Assembly (NCBI RefSeq): GCF_964204645.1
Contig: NC_134027.1
Coordinates: 2,636,485-2,700,484 of the forward strand
Direction: 5' to 3'
Length of the DNA: 64,000 bases
DNA from: Tubulanus polymorphus
Taxonomy: Eukaryota > Animalia > Nemertea
In this document: piece after piece, positions 1-19,341 of the stretch
How positions within the stretch are numbered: the first letter of the stretch is position 1
How the letters are laid out: each line of letters starts with the position of its first letter
Notes under the pieces: model-generated
The model's database searches: none
Seen by the model: only the letters and a program-made list of their open reading frames with translations
What the model was told of the DNA's origin: nothing
Program-made: the position numbers and the translations under genes

Positions 1-1511
1 AACATCATAAGATTGGCTTATGATTCCGAGTGCTTTAACGTTTGACAATTGACAGATTGTCAAATAATATTTCCGCATCAGGAAGCAACTGCACAATATC
101 GGAATCGGAGAGGAGGATTATCAACAGTTATAAAATCAGTGCTTCCTGCGCAATTCTTTTTTTGGCATAAAACAAAATTAACATTAAGTTTAGAACTAGA
201 ATTCACCAACGATAAAAACATTTACATACAAGGGTTTTAAATCTCGCGGCCAACAATTTCATCTGCCGGTGTTAACTTTAGTAGAGTTAACACCATAAAA
301 CCGGCCCCTGAATTTCTATGCATATTTTTGTCTCTGAATGTTGGATATATGAACCTACGTTTCCAGAGAAACTTATTGATAATCTGATTGTAGAAGGATC
401 TATATATATGATTGGAAATCGGCAAAATTGTATTTGATTCTTGTTAGTTTTCTATCGGAGGTGTGCAATACGATACGCGATAAGTGTCGTACGAAACCAT
501 TAAGATGAAAGTAGCTCGTCGCTTGTTATTTCTCACAAATCAATGTAAAATTGACATTCGCTCGTGTCCTGTAATAACCGCACGATAAAAGAAACCTCGC
601 GAAAAACGGTCATTATCAAGATCAATTATTAAATCGTATAAACCGAATAAAACGGCTCCCGATGCGAACAGAATATTGCTTACATTTCTAGAAGTGATAA
701 CGCACATAACCATATCATTCATAAACACAGTATATAGCTATTCGGGGAGGTCTTTCTGATTTATTGCATAATCTATACAGTAACAAGTAGTAAATGTAAA
801 TAAGAGTTGTATAATGTTTTGTAGATATGACTACCATTTCCCAGTCCACTGAGGCAGTTTACCCACCAGTGGTATATTTCAGCTAAGCGTCCACTTGAAT
901 TTCTGATGCCGTAGTGATTCTTAAGGTGTCATTAAACTTTCAGATAGTTTTGTTTTGTTATTCTACGCAAGCTTGCCACCCGTGAAGTGCTAAAACAGCA
1001 ATGTAATGATGCTTATTCGCCACTTGATTGCGTTGTATTGCAAAAAGTATATTGCATTTGCATCCAAGTTATCATAGAATATATCTGTTTATTCTTTCAT
1101 TGTATCGCTGATGCAATTCATAAATAATTCAGCGGACCTATTTTTTTGAAATTATCTATGAAAACCAACAAAGGACAAAATCGATTCGGAGTAATATCAC
1201 CGTACAAACGGTTCTCTAAAACGAGTAATACGACAAAAAGTTCGAATGGGATTTCCATGTTGGGATTTAGCCGATGAAGTCTGATAAGCGTTCACCGTTG
1301 TTAAGATGCAGCATCAACCCGACAAGTGAAACTAGTGAACATTTTTTCCAAACTCTTCTATCAGTTTATCCGGGAGCTTTCGTAGCGGCGGCGAAATAAC
1401 CCGGATGTAATCGGCATACTCGCGGTGTACATAAACGGACGCGAGCCAGTAAGAGTAGTAACTCATCACTGCAACACGCGCGCTGATGACACCCAGTGGA
1501 ACATGACGCTT

Positions 1512-1616
1512 TCAGTTTTGTCCTTTTGTGCACGGGATTAATTTCGAGACGAACACACAAAACATTTCGTCGATTTCACTCGAATTTTTCCAATAATTCT
1601 GGTTTATTAGGTAAGT
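1512..1616 (+). promoter_or_regulatory. Candidate TSS and first non-coding exon (possibly of Cys-rich gene A)
   Basis: CpG-richer stretch ~1370-1510, Inr-like TCAGTT at 1512-1517, strong donor AG|GTAAGT at 1610/1611. Link to the gene at 12571 is inferred only. Confidence 0.3.
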
Positions 1617-4600
1617 TAAACCGCTTTTAACTCCGAAAGTCGATTTATTTACGAATTGTTTAATGATGGTGAAACTGCTTTCATCAAAAACGCATATGAT
1701 GAATTTATGCAGAACGGTGAAAGCATTTATCAGTTTAGATTCTCCGGCGATGCTTCGTGGTGACATTCCCCAGCTCAACTTGAAACATGAGCTGCGTGTT
1801 TTTTCTACTTCATCCATTTTCTTAAGAAATGCGAGTTTTATTTTCTGTAAATTGCTATAGCATTAGAACTGTACCTAACGTATACTCAAATACTGATCTT
1901 AAACCGAAATATCTTTCATGAATGTTGGGTATATGTACTTCAGTACTTTCAACACTTTACGAAGTTAGTCTTTATCGAAAATGAAGACGCTTAAAAGGTA
2001 AAGGAATAGGCCTCTTCATTAGGCAACTAAAAAGAAACGGAATTCATTAATCATTCGTGTTACTCGCAAACGAAAAATATGATGATTAAAATAAGGCTAA
2101 CTAAAACGATGATCAAATGTTCCGTGTTTGCTTTGATCATATTAGGTTTTATCTGTGAACCTCACGTCACAGTCTGAGAGAGAACTTCTAAAATACACGG
2201 TCGAAACGATGACGAATATCTGAAATCCTTACGCATCAACCACAACTCGGTGGGCGCTGGTTCTTTAACACAGCGCAGATAAAAGGGTTCTCCGCCGTTC
2301 ACCGTCTTATTTTGACTTAGGAACTATCGGGCAATAGCTGACAATGTAAAGATAATATAGACCACGATATATTCATCTTCAGCAGTAATTGGCAGCCATA
2401 GTCGAGTCGAATGTTTGATGATGTTGATGAGGCAGTTTGTATTTGAGTAGTATATGTCGCAGACCGATGAGAGCGGAAACGAGTATGTCAAATATAACAT
2501 CCGTTCACCTGTGACTACACGCCGTCGACGATAAGTCAACACTCATCGATCGCTCAAAGAAACTTATCAGTTTTGTCATGGTTAGAATCGATCGTTCGAC
2601 CAGAACAGCGTAAAACCAATTTCGCATGCAAAACCACTCGCGGGACCGCTCCATGAGAATTGGTATTAATTTAAATGGGTTCATTAATGATAGCAATGTT
2701 GAAATAGGCTACAGACACTGAACGCCTGAATAAAACAACAATTGATTCCGAAGCATTCTTTGAAATGGTTTATGAATTTGCTGAAACATTTTGGTGTTTC
2801 CACGGCTGCGCAAGACTATTCTATTCATATCTACTGTATTATGGGTTTATCGATATGTAAATTGAGAAGCAATGCGCAAATCAATTAGATTGGTTGCGTT
2901 CATTACAGTTCACACCGAGATTGAGACGAGTTTTTTTGTAACCTGTACACAACAAACAACAACGAACATGTTTAGAGCGATGGAGAATTTTACACTGGTC
3001 CCAGTCGGGTACATCTAAAATCTGACATTGATTACTCTCACGGGGCTCATATACTATAAACAGTTTCACCGCTGTAGTACTAGACGATGAGAGCTTCACA
3101 CACGCCGTTAATTTCTCCCGCCAAAATCAAGTTACGATCAGTGCTCGACGCATAAAAAAATCTAAGACTTTTTTTTCAAACGAATGCAATATTTATGTGT
3201 AATTCGTCTCTACCCTGGAAAAATTCATTCACGCGTTTAAGTTGTACACTGGCGATATTCATTTGATAATCTTGTATATAAATCATCAGTTGGTTGCTAT
3301 AGACAACGATATAAAGATAGTGTCCGATGACTAATCAACTGAATAAATATGAACTTTTAGAATAAATTATTTCGATCGTCGAAAGGAATGAGTATAATAG
3401 ACAAGAGTTAATCAGTATTTATGTGGCTGCACGTGGCGCCGCGGTTCTATCAGTGAAATTGATATTTCATATTTCGGTCGGATCTCTGTTAGACGCACCT
3501 ATGAAATTACGATTCCATATTCTTTGAAATATTGCGTTGCTCGAAATTTAATAGCGGCATGTGGCGACAAAGTTATCGATCAATTTATTCCATCCTTGCA
3601 GGAATTGGCGAATTGACTCCGCCAGCCTCATTTAAGACAAAAGTTTGTCGGTTTCTATGGCAGTACGCGTTTCCCTTTTTTTCCAAACTGAAAAAAACCC
3701 CAGCAGATAATCTTTTCATGCGACTGTTTTTCACACGAGATCTGGAAAAATAATCGAAATCCGTAACTAAATCTAATCTGAAATGATCAACAGCGCGATA
3801 CAAAACAATAACCCATCAGATTCACGGTTTGTTAGGTACCGCAGACGTTTCCGTGTATGTATTTATTTCGTGTTGTTCCAGTTGGTTGGAAGTAAACGTC
3901 TGGCTCATTTGATATCGTATTTTCTTGGCATTTCTTCTTGTCTCTTTTCGAATGTCGTCGCGTTGTAAAATGTCACGCATTCTGACACGACGCTCTCTGC
4001 GTGCATACGGTTAGAAATGCGATGCCGGGGCTACACGGGGTTAGATATGAATCTCTCACTGGCTCGTCCCGGATCGAAATTTAAAGACGTTTATTCCAAT
4101 CAATCGCAATGAGACCTAATACGATAATCCCGTGACGGTGCATCGAAACGGATAAATCTAACTCGGCTAAGATACTTACAAGACACCGTCTCTATATTGA
4201 CAATGAGTGTGCCATATACGCCAGGGAAAACAGGCGAAATTGATTTATCAGCCAGTCGACCGAATTGGTCCAAATATGATCCCCAAGAGTAGAGTAAATG
4301 CCGGATATGTGGTTATTTCTATTAGCGAGGAAGCGAGGTCCCACATGCGCTAACAGCCGTCAAATGGCCGTCTGACAATCACAGAACGACGGTCAATATG
4401 CCCCAGGACTCCGCATCTATATATCCATCGAGTATTTTGTTAGTTGGGCGTTTTTGTAATAGTCGGATACTCTCATATATTATGAATAGATATGAATATT
4501 CCTACTGAAGTTTCTCAGTATCCTTGTGGTGTACATTGCACGCAAAGATACTAACTACTACAAATGAAAATTCTGTATTTATAGAAATCGAATCATTTTT

Positions 4601-7600
4601 TACTTTTCCATTACATCGAGAGTGTGTTATCTAAAATGACAATCTTGAGAGCCTCAAATAATAGGAAAAACAAGTTCTCTTTGTGATGGCCGCATCAAGA
4701 TTCCGTGAAGCAATGTGATCGCAACTGATGCACTTTCCACGAGGATTTACGACAAAATGCATTTAGAAAGACAAAATCCGGTGTTTGATTACTTCGTCTG
4801 AATCTTATATCATTGTAAACCTAACAGAAGACCACAATCAATGACATCATGAATGCTGGAAGAATAAATGATTCGGATTCAGCTTGACCCTTCATCACAT
4901 TTTATTGTCGGCTGCTGTTGGTAAAGCATCGATTAAAAGGTTTCGCCGGTTTTTCATTAGAATCAAGTATACGGGTATACATCTAGGGCAGTGTACGTCT
5001 CCGTTCATTTTGCCCAATTAACACGTTGCTTCCTTTAAAGATGAAAATCAAAACTTTACACGTCAATCGGTTTTTTCGATCCGGCCAGGTCGCGCCATCA
5101 TCCGTTATCGAAAAATCAATGCTTAATGCTGAAATCTGATAGCAGTTTTTGAGGCTGCACTTTCATCGTTGATCGAAAAAAAGTTTACTCCGCGCTATTT
5201 TTATTACTAAATTGAGCCACGTTCCCGATATTGAAAACCTATATCTATCTACCCACGCTTCTGTCGCGATCTTGTCCTTTTATTACGTAGGCCTACGAGA
5301 TCTTCAACTGGTTGGCTCGATCAAACATGGTCCTCTTCTCGTCAAGATTCTACATTTTTGAGAGCGAGAGATATTGGAACAATATCGATAAACTAATAAA
5401 ACCATATCTCATTATTTAAGGCGAAAGGAAGTCGTAAATTTTAGTACCGGCGCAGTTTTCGATTTTTCATTCACGCACAGGAAATATTCACTTTATTTTC
5501 TAACCATTGATTCACACAAAATTGACAGATACATGCGCGTGCGCGTATATAGAAATACACATGTGATGGTATCTAGTTTGATGATCGATGTCGACCGATA
5601 AGTCTCGTCTTATTAAAGTTTTAATGGTTAAAGTATTGAACCGTTGTCGTCGTAAGTTTGATTATAGGTAAGGATATTCATCGTACAAGTATTAAACGAT
5701 AGTCGTTGGTGTTGGCTTCATATTACATTAATCGCGGATGAAGTTAAACCGCGATGATAATAATTATTGTCATATACACGTCGATTGTACACATTCTTCA
5801 ATTAGTAACGTAACCTCATATTCGCAATTGAGTTTCGCCACGACAACCTTGGCTGCCTAGGAGTCCTAATATCAAATGAAAGTCAATAATCATTGGCACC
5901 CCGACTGGAATAATTACTTTGATCGGTTTAATCGCCTGCAGTTATCCGCCTCTGATATAACTAGTACTGTTAGTATCGGAATTTAGTTTGTATGTCGAGT
6001 GTGGGTCGGATGACAGGGTCGGCAAATTTTCGCATATTTCTAGCCCGGGGTTATTGACTGGGTGAATTACTGAAGTGGTCTATACAACCGGGTCATATCA
6101 AATTTAGTCATCTTGAAACATCTGTGTACTGTGTTTATCATACGGCCAGTTGCACTCACAGCTTCTCTACTTCAGGGTACTGAAAGTCAATTACATAACT
6201 CGGTTGTCACATACCATTCAAATGTATTCGATAAAGAAGTTAATCCAATAGTGGAGACAGCCTCATGCATTCTACACAATAATTCTAACGGGAAATATGT
6301 ATGATCGATATACGATATTTGAGAATCTTCGAATTCTTTGATAATAATAATGATAGTTTGTTTTCTCAATAAATTACAACAGGTCATAAAGAGATATGCG
6401 GAATTATACAAAATATGTGACATTTTGATAAAACGTGGAGCAGATTATACACTTTGTGTATATGTTATGTAGAAAATGTATTTTCTATTTTCTAACGTTG
6501 AAAAATTTGAATTCCAGCGAAAAATTCGACGCGCATATCGATGCACTTTTTGAAACTGCGACTCGGGGATTTGTGGCGTATCTTCATCGATTTATACGCA
6601 ATTATATCATCTGTTCAAAGATAATCAATTGACCGCGCACTCACCGCTGCCGCTGCTGCTTCTGCTGTTATACATTTTCACCGGTTTTCAGGCGAACGTC
6701 GCGCGATTATTATTGACGAAAAAAAAACACTTATCCATCACGAGCGAACGTCAAAGTTTGCAAGAGATAGGATCCAGTCCGGCCTGAAGCTATTCACACG
6801 GTATACAGGTCGATGAGCCTGCTTCCATTTTGAAAAGAAAACCGAAATAAATTGACTGGAAATTCTGGTAATAAGAAATATCAACATAAGCTTGAGACTC
6901 GTCAAGCGAAATGGATAAACGTCTCAGGGGCATAGTTTTTATACGTAATGAACACAGTATCAGGCTGACAGTTCATTTTCGTGTCGGGACTATTCATCTT
7001 GAAAAAAGTTCATCGATAAAACAAACATCTATCAATCAATGTATCGATTGATGAAGTTTTGGACCCGTGAATACTTGTTTGCACCATCCAATCCTCCTAA
7101 GCTAAGCAGAAAACTACTAGGATATACCTACAATTCAAAACTTCGTCAGAATTTCGAAGATGGTTGTATTTTTTCAAAACAAACATATATTCTCTGAATA
7201 TGTAGAATAATGTATAGTATTAATGGAAACATGGAGTCTACGAGTGTTGAGATAATTGCTCGTAGATGGAGTGTAACCAACTGAGATGGTTATACCGTGG
7301 TAAGCGGTGACCTCCGCAATAAAACGCTGTCCTTAGAGAGACGATATGAATGGCTTCTATAATAGCCTTATCCATGACTGAGGTAGACTTAATAATTAAC
7401 GTAGTCAGACATCTATTTGAAGTATTTATCAGCCAGACTGATGCATAGAAATCTAACTTGGTAAACTAATCGTGATCCAATATACCGCCATGTCCGCCAT
7501 GGAGAGCAACCATCATTTTACAAAATGGATATCTTCTTATATGCAATTAACTGGGTAAATAAATACGGCTGGTTTGACGTTGGAACGGGTGGGTAATTGA

Positions 7601-10600
7601 TGGATGTTACGTTCAGAGGTGTTTCAGCCCAGTCAAGCGTGTAGAAATGCAGTTTCCGATGCGTCCAAGCATCCTCTCTCGCTTTCATCATTCAGATGGT
7701 CCGTTACAGCATATAGATCACACAGTATTATTGATTAAGTTATTTTACCCAAGTGGGGCTAGAACCGCGTGATCTTTTAGTGCTCTCTCGATGCCCGCGA
7801 ACCACCAAATGATCACATTTATGCTCGTATTTTTAATACGACTATTTAGGTAAAAAGTAGAAAAGCTCTATAAATATTCATGTAAACGTAAAATTAAAAA
7901 GCTTCCCCGTCGGTGATATAATTTATATGTAATATCAGTGCTGTCTTAGTCTCTTCTAAATGAGAAACTCATGCATATTTTACATGTATTTCTATGGCTG
8001 GTGTTTTATGTGAGACTGTCAATAGGTTGTTCCACTTGACGTGCGGTCGTCGGAATTATGTTTCAATTAAGAGACGATCGAGATGACTTACAGAAAACTA
8101 CCATTTGATGAACCCTAGAGCGCTACTAATCTTTTAAATGATTCCAGTTAATTTCCCTCGGCGAAATGTGACGGTGATGGTTGATATGTGTACCGAAGGT
8201 TTTCAGTAGGTAAAAGTCACTTAATTCACAGGAGGGTCTGTGGTGTTTTATACTCGGTTACGTTCGAATACTGTGTTTTTAGCACCCTTCATTTCCACTA
8301 CTATGGATTCACGCGAGCACTCTTTATTGCAATTCATAAAACGCATCAAATTGACAGTCATGTGAACTCATGCTTCTATTAGCAGCTTGCCTATTGACGG
8401 CCAATGTGACGTACTGTGACGTCAAGTGAATATACCAGTCTTTACTTGTTCATATAGGTCGCAGGTCGACATAAATCACCCGTTACATGTCTTGTGTGGG
8501 TAAAAATGCCTTGGCCGATCCCCGAGTCTTTGGTGCCTGCTTCCCGCAGCACCTAAAAAACCAAATCTGACCAATAAAGTAAACATCAGAAGACCCGATA
8601 AAGCGCTGTCGGCTAGGTTCGCGCTACCATAAAGTCAATTATGTTATCATCATGTTCTGGTGCCGTTGATTTGATCACGGATGGTCCTTATGCACTTGCC
8701 GAGCCTGTCATCTGAACGTGATCGTTGTTCGCTGCCCATATAGCCGCCCGGTAACTTGATTTATAGCGTCGGGTCATTTGTTTATGAACACCAAAATCAC
8801 CATTTGTCAGAAATTCAATTCCAGCAAAATCATAAATCAAGCTGTATATATGTATATAATTTATATATCATTTCGAGTTTCGTTTACTTTTCATATTTTG
8901 GTCGTCATTATTAAATCACGTGATTCAGTTCGGGCAACATTACGTAAATTGACGTCGCGACAGGAAAAAAGAACTTTTACTTTTTAATATCTGTAACATT
9001 TCTGGGTAAACGCGTGAACGCTTAGGATGTGGTTTTTAAAACTAAAACGAACCCGTTTTCTCCATTATCAGAGCATATCGACGTAATTACGAGATGAGGT
9101 GACTAATTCACAATTTTACTCTCGTTTACTCTTACAATATACACAGTTTCCATTAACTATCGCTAACTGTAATTCGACGGGGTAATGTTTTAAAAACGTT
9201 CGTCATCGAATACGCCGACACAGAATCTCTTTATTCATTTGTTAATTCTCGATATAACGTATTTCCTATGAATCATTCCCGTGCGACAGGGACCTAAACG
9301 ACAGTCGGTTAGTTCAACCTAGCACACATATTCTACACGTCCATTTCTGATGTGATATAGATATATCATACCGCGGAAAAAAACCGCTAGCCTCGGTCAT
9401 TATTTAAATATCGTAGAAGTCGGCCACCGTATAAGCGATATTTGCGCTGTCCATCATTCCGTTAACGGCTCAGCCATCTCATAATGGATACCGAATAATA
9501 ACATCATCTGTGGAATAAATACCATCAAAAATTTACCAACGATCTATAGTCCGTACGTCAGTCACTTCCAATAACGTCGTTGTTCGGACAGTGGCTCGAA
9601 TTAGTCAAATCATTTATTAGATGCTCTCGTTTGTGGCGGAAAGAAAACAATTTCCATCGATTTCAATTCGAGCAAAAACGAACGGGGTTTGACAGAGATG
9701 AACCTGAATTGTCAGCTTGGTTCATATTTCACGATCAATTATCGACACGATGTGGCACTCAACACCAATAGATTTTCGTAGCATTTATTTCCATGTCGAT
9801 AGTTGACCCTCGTTGGTGAACCACATATTTGTCAGGGTTTTTGCTTTTTTCTACATCTCGACGCAGTTTCTACATTCAGTAGGTCAGCAAGTAGATCGTA
9901 GTCGTCGCGAAACCCGACCCTGGATTTTGTCTACAATCAATTTGACGTCCTAGCAATTTTTAGATTTAGAAAAGAAAATCATTTCATTTTCATTTCATTA
10001 AACCAATGGAGAACATTTAATTTACATATCTAGTAATACATTTGTTGGTATACAGTATATGGTCCAAACATCTGCTTACTGTTTTTATAGATACAATGTG
10101 TGAATCGCTTCTTCGCTACAGAACATTCATTTTCTCTGTGACAAATGTCACCATCTCATAAATTGAAGTTTGCCGTAATCAAGCAATTGACCGATTTATC
10201 GAGGCATTCTTGTGTCAAATCGATTCTCACCCAATATCCAGTATTCGCATCTCTATTCTCATAAGTGCCTGTCTTTTAAGTTTAACACATAAAACGATGT
10301 TGTCAGATCATGAAAGCGATGACACTCGTTCCTGATAACATCAACGAAGCCTCCAAACAGTAATTTCCACTATCTGCAGTTCCGAGTCTTATTGCGGTGG
10401 TTTACACAATTAGTTAAGAACCGAAAAAATGTGAACAAATGTTAATTGACATCATATCTACAGCCAAAACGGACAGCCCTAAGATTTAGTTTCAAAATAC
10501 TGTCATTGAAAATACCTTTTAATGAAATAAACCGCACACAGTAATATGGAAATTCAATTAAAAAGCAGTTTACTTGTAAAATATAGAAATAAGTGACGCG

Positions 10601-12570
10601 CTGCAACAATGTACCTAGAAGTGGGTAGATTTTGACGTTTGTTCGATGTACAAGAGCTGTATTACACGTTCTTCATTATCTCCAATGGTTTAAATGATAA
10701 ACGAATAAGAGAGAGCAGACAATACTGTAGAGAATTGAAGCTTAAGTGCCGTAAAGATAGGACAAAAATAAAATCGAACGAACTCCATTTGCACTACGTG
10801 TATCAGATCGTTCTACCTCAGATATGTTTATCAAAAAAGGCGCGCATGAAATGACGAACCTTGGAATATTTTTGGACTATTTATGGGCACATGTGAATAG
10901 TCACGTAATAGTCAGGTCGTTTCAACTATATTGTGAGCAAAACGAATGAATCGCTAACTTGGAGTAAATAGTTGTCGCTTCCACAAATACCAAATTGCGA
11001 TATATATATATATATATATATAAACTCAATCTGAGACAGTGTAACGCGATAAACAACACATTGGACGAAATAACATCAATAAACTGGCGCCGTTTTCTCA
11101 GTCTACATCATTCTGATTGCAAAATCGAACACAATATATTTCATTTTCTCGACAACGTTTATTTTGTCTTTGGGTCGTTTTCACAATTGACAGTTTTTGC
11201 GATATCCGCATGAAAATAACTAATACGTGAACATGACAATTTTATCTTTTTCGCGTGAATAAGAAAAGTCTCCGCTTGATAACAATTGGTCTCAGCGGGA
11301 TGTGCGTCTGTGACTTACATGAAAACTCGTCAAAATTAATGAGCTCAACTATAACTGACGACACTTACAGCTTTACTAGAAACAACTTATAATGTCACTG
11401 ATATATCATTTTAATCTTATCTGTCGGATAAGCTTTTATCTAGTTGCACGTTTTATTTAATTATCAATCTTTTCATAATTTGCATATTCAATATACATAT
11501 ATATTAAACCGTTCTAGTTCAAATCATAAGCACTCGGCCGAAATATGTCTGTATTCAATCATACTTCTAAGGCTAGCATTATATTTCATATAAAACCAAT
11601 TGGAAAAAATGGTTGCTGGAAAACGTGATAACAATAATTTATTTTTCATTTAACTTACATTCACATGGACAAAGATAACGGAGAAAAGATAAAATAGTTC
11701 AATAAAGATAGCAGTGAGAGCCTAAGGGCTGTACAGGTCATTGTGAATTTTACTGCGTTTAATATTGAGCTGTGGTTTAGAGTTAGCTTTCGTGGCTCAT
11801 TCTTTAAATATTCAAAAATTTATTCTACTCGTTCACGCCCGCTATGTAAGCAAACATGATATCAGAATTTATGATGGAAGAAATAGATTAAATACACAAC
11901 GAAAACAGGCAATCAATAGAAACAATATTGTCCCAGTTGGCTGAAAAGTCGAGGCAATTATTTAACACCAGCTTGCAGGTATTGCGGCAATAAACCGTTA
12001 TCTGCTGGAAGCTTGATTGCACGAATTTCAGTCAATTTATAACGCTTTAGTTGTTCCAATTAGAACAAGCCTGTGAAATCAGTTGACGGAAATTGGCTTT
12101 TTACCGGTTTGATTTTTGAGATTCTCTCGACACGGCTGGTGCGGCTATAGTTGTTCATCATAATGGGTTGCAATAGCTTTTCAATAGCGATCTTCATTAG
12201 ACGACTGAATGACGATCACTCGTCGTAAACCACGCGCATTATTGTTATATCATTCATGTCACTGTTCTCTGTAATACTGTCACTAGAAAAAACCGATGAA
12301 AAAAGTATTCTCACAAAACAATCGTAAACTTTCAGGTGATGTATGTCTTATTCGACAGAGAGTATCCGCGAGATACGCTGTCGTCGAATCCAGCAATTTA
12401 ATCAACAAATCATTTCCTTGTATCTATTTTTACCTTTAAAAACAAGATATGAATTCGTATCATGTTTTTTATTGTCTATTTATACCAAAAACAATACGCC
12501 CTATTCTTGACTGTCCATGTCGTAAGGGTTTGATCATTTTTTTCTCTTTCTATTTCAGTTTTGATCCATT

Positions 12571-17770
<5,200 letters not shown>

Positions 17771-19264
17771 CAGAAATCGGCCCATTAATTTTTGATATTG
17801 TAAATAATTCAGTTTGTTTGCGTTTCCCATAGAAAAATTATCGTTAATCTTAATAATAGATATGCGAAGCTATACGAATATGTTCTAGCTTCTAGTTCAT
17901 ATCCCTAATTCGTTTTTTTTGTTTCCTTGCTACGAGATGTGTTCAACCGGGTCCTGCAGCGATGTTTGCAGCGATATATAACATGATATGTGCTTAAGTC
18001 GTGTATCAAATCTCTCATTAATTGAAATTACAGATCACAAAAACTGTTAGAGTATATTTTATGAAATGGCTCGCTCGTTATGATGGCCGTGTATATAAAC
18101 TACAATATCTATATACACGATTTTTGTTAAGTTTTGTATAAAGCGTATTTAACAGAGTATCTGTGTGATATATATATGAATTGATGATATTGGAAATATC
18201 AGTGCCTACAGTATAAACTGAATATGTTTACGAATAAGTTATGTTTATCATTTTAAATAGTAATTCATTGAAACACTTTCGCCCTTTATTATTTCGTGAT
18301 TTAAGCAATTTGAATGCGTGAAAGTGTCACAACAGCAATAATCTTGCATTTCGATTACTCGAAATCCATCTGCGTTATTTCAGAATCAAATGAGTTGAGA
18401 AATTTGTATCATGTCGTTGCTTGTATGATATTTTTGTACCGTGCAATCCACGGATGAAGCTATTTGTGATAGAAGAATTCCAATCATTATTGTATGCATA
18501 TACCACAATCTCCTAGAATAATCAACATAGCCATCTGAATTTATACAGCTATCCTCAGATTCGCTGGTTGTTATTGGCGATTCAGTATGTATCTTTTCGG
18601 ATGACTTGTATTATATAGTTTAAGTAATTATAAATCGCATCCGAGATGGCGGCTAGATTTTGGTGCACGTTCAAATTATTTCAACCTTTGTTGTTCGGTG
18701 GCTGAATATTGTATTTTGTGCCAAACTATATGATCGTTAATGTGTTCCTAATGGGTGCTTCAGTCTCGGGGTGTTTTGAACATTAAAACAATCTTTCTTT
18801 TGCTTAACTAAATAAATAGAAAACTAATAGAAGCAATAATGTGAAATCAAATAACAGCTAAATAGAAATGATGATTTTGTAGTGGGATATATTGGATACA
18901 TATAGATATATATATATATGTTCATGTCATTGAGATATGAATAGTGCCACAGACGAGTACCATTTAACTATCCATTTTTTCATGTATTCGTCACATAAGT
19001 TGGAATATTCAGAAGTCGTTGAAAAAATTCGACGAAGATTGGAAATAGTTGAACACAAAAGTTAACGATGGCCTGATTGTTTCGTAATAAATGTAATTAT
19101 GATTATCCAAAAATGATGTAGTATAACTAGTGTAAATAAAATTCTTTTACAAAAAGAAAAATTACTTTTATCTTCTCATTCATGTTTTCGTCTCTGTGGT
19201 TATTGAGATCAGCAAGTATCCATTGAAATAAAAAAAAAGAGTTGAAAATGTGAGTATCGAATTA

Positions 19265-19341
19265 GCGGGTCGGTACCCGAAGGTATGTTCATGTGCTTTA
19301 GGCTCGCATGAACGTCTTACGTGAAGACTAACCCGACTCGC
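19265..19341. other. Compact multi-branch stem-loop segment (candidate structured RNA or repeat fragment)
   Basis: GCGGGTCGG/CCGACTCGC closing helix enclosing three hairpins: TACC-CGAA-GGTA, GTTCATG...CATGAAC, GTCTT...AAGAC. Confidence 0.4.

Noticed and set aside
824-900. Possible terminal exon after TTTTGTAG
   Set aside because: Too short, no recognisable motif and no partner exons in the window.
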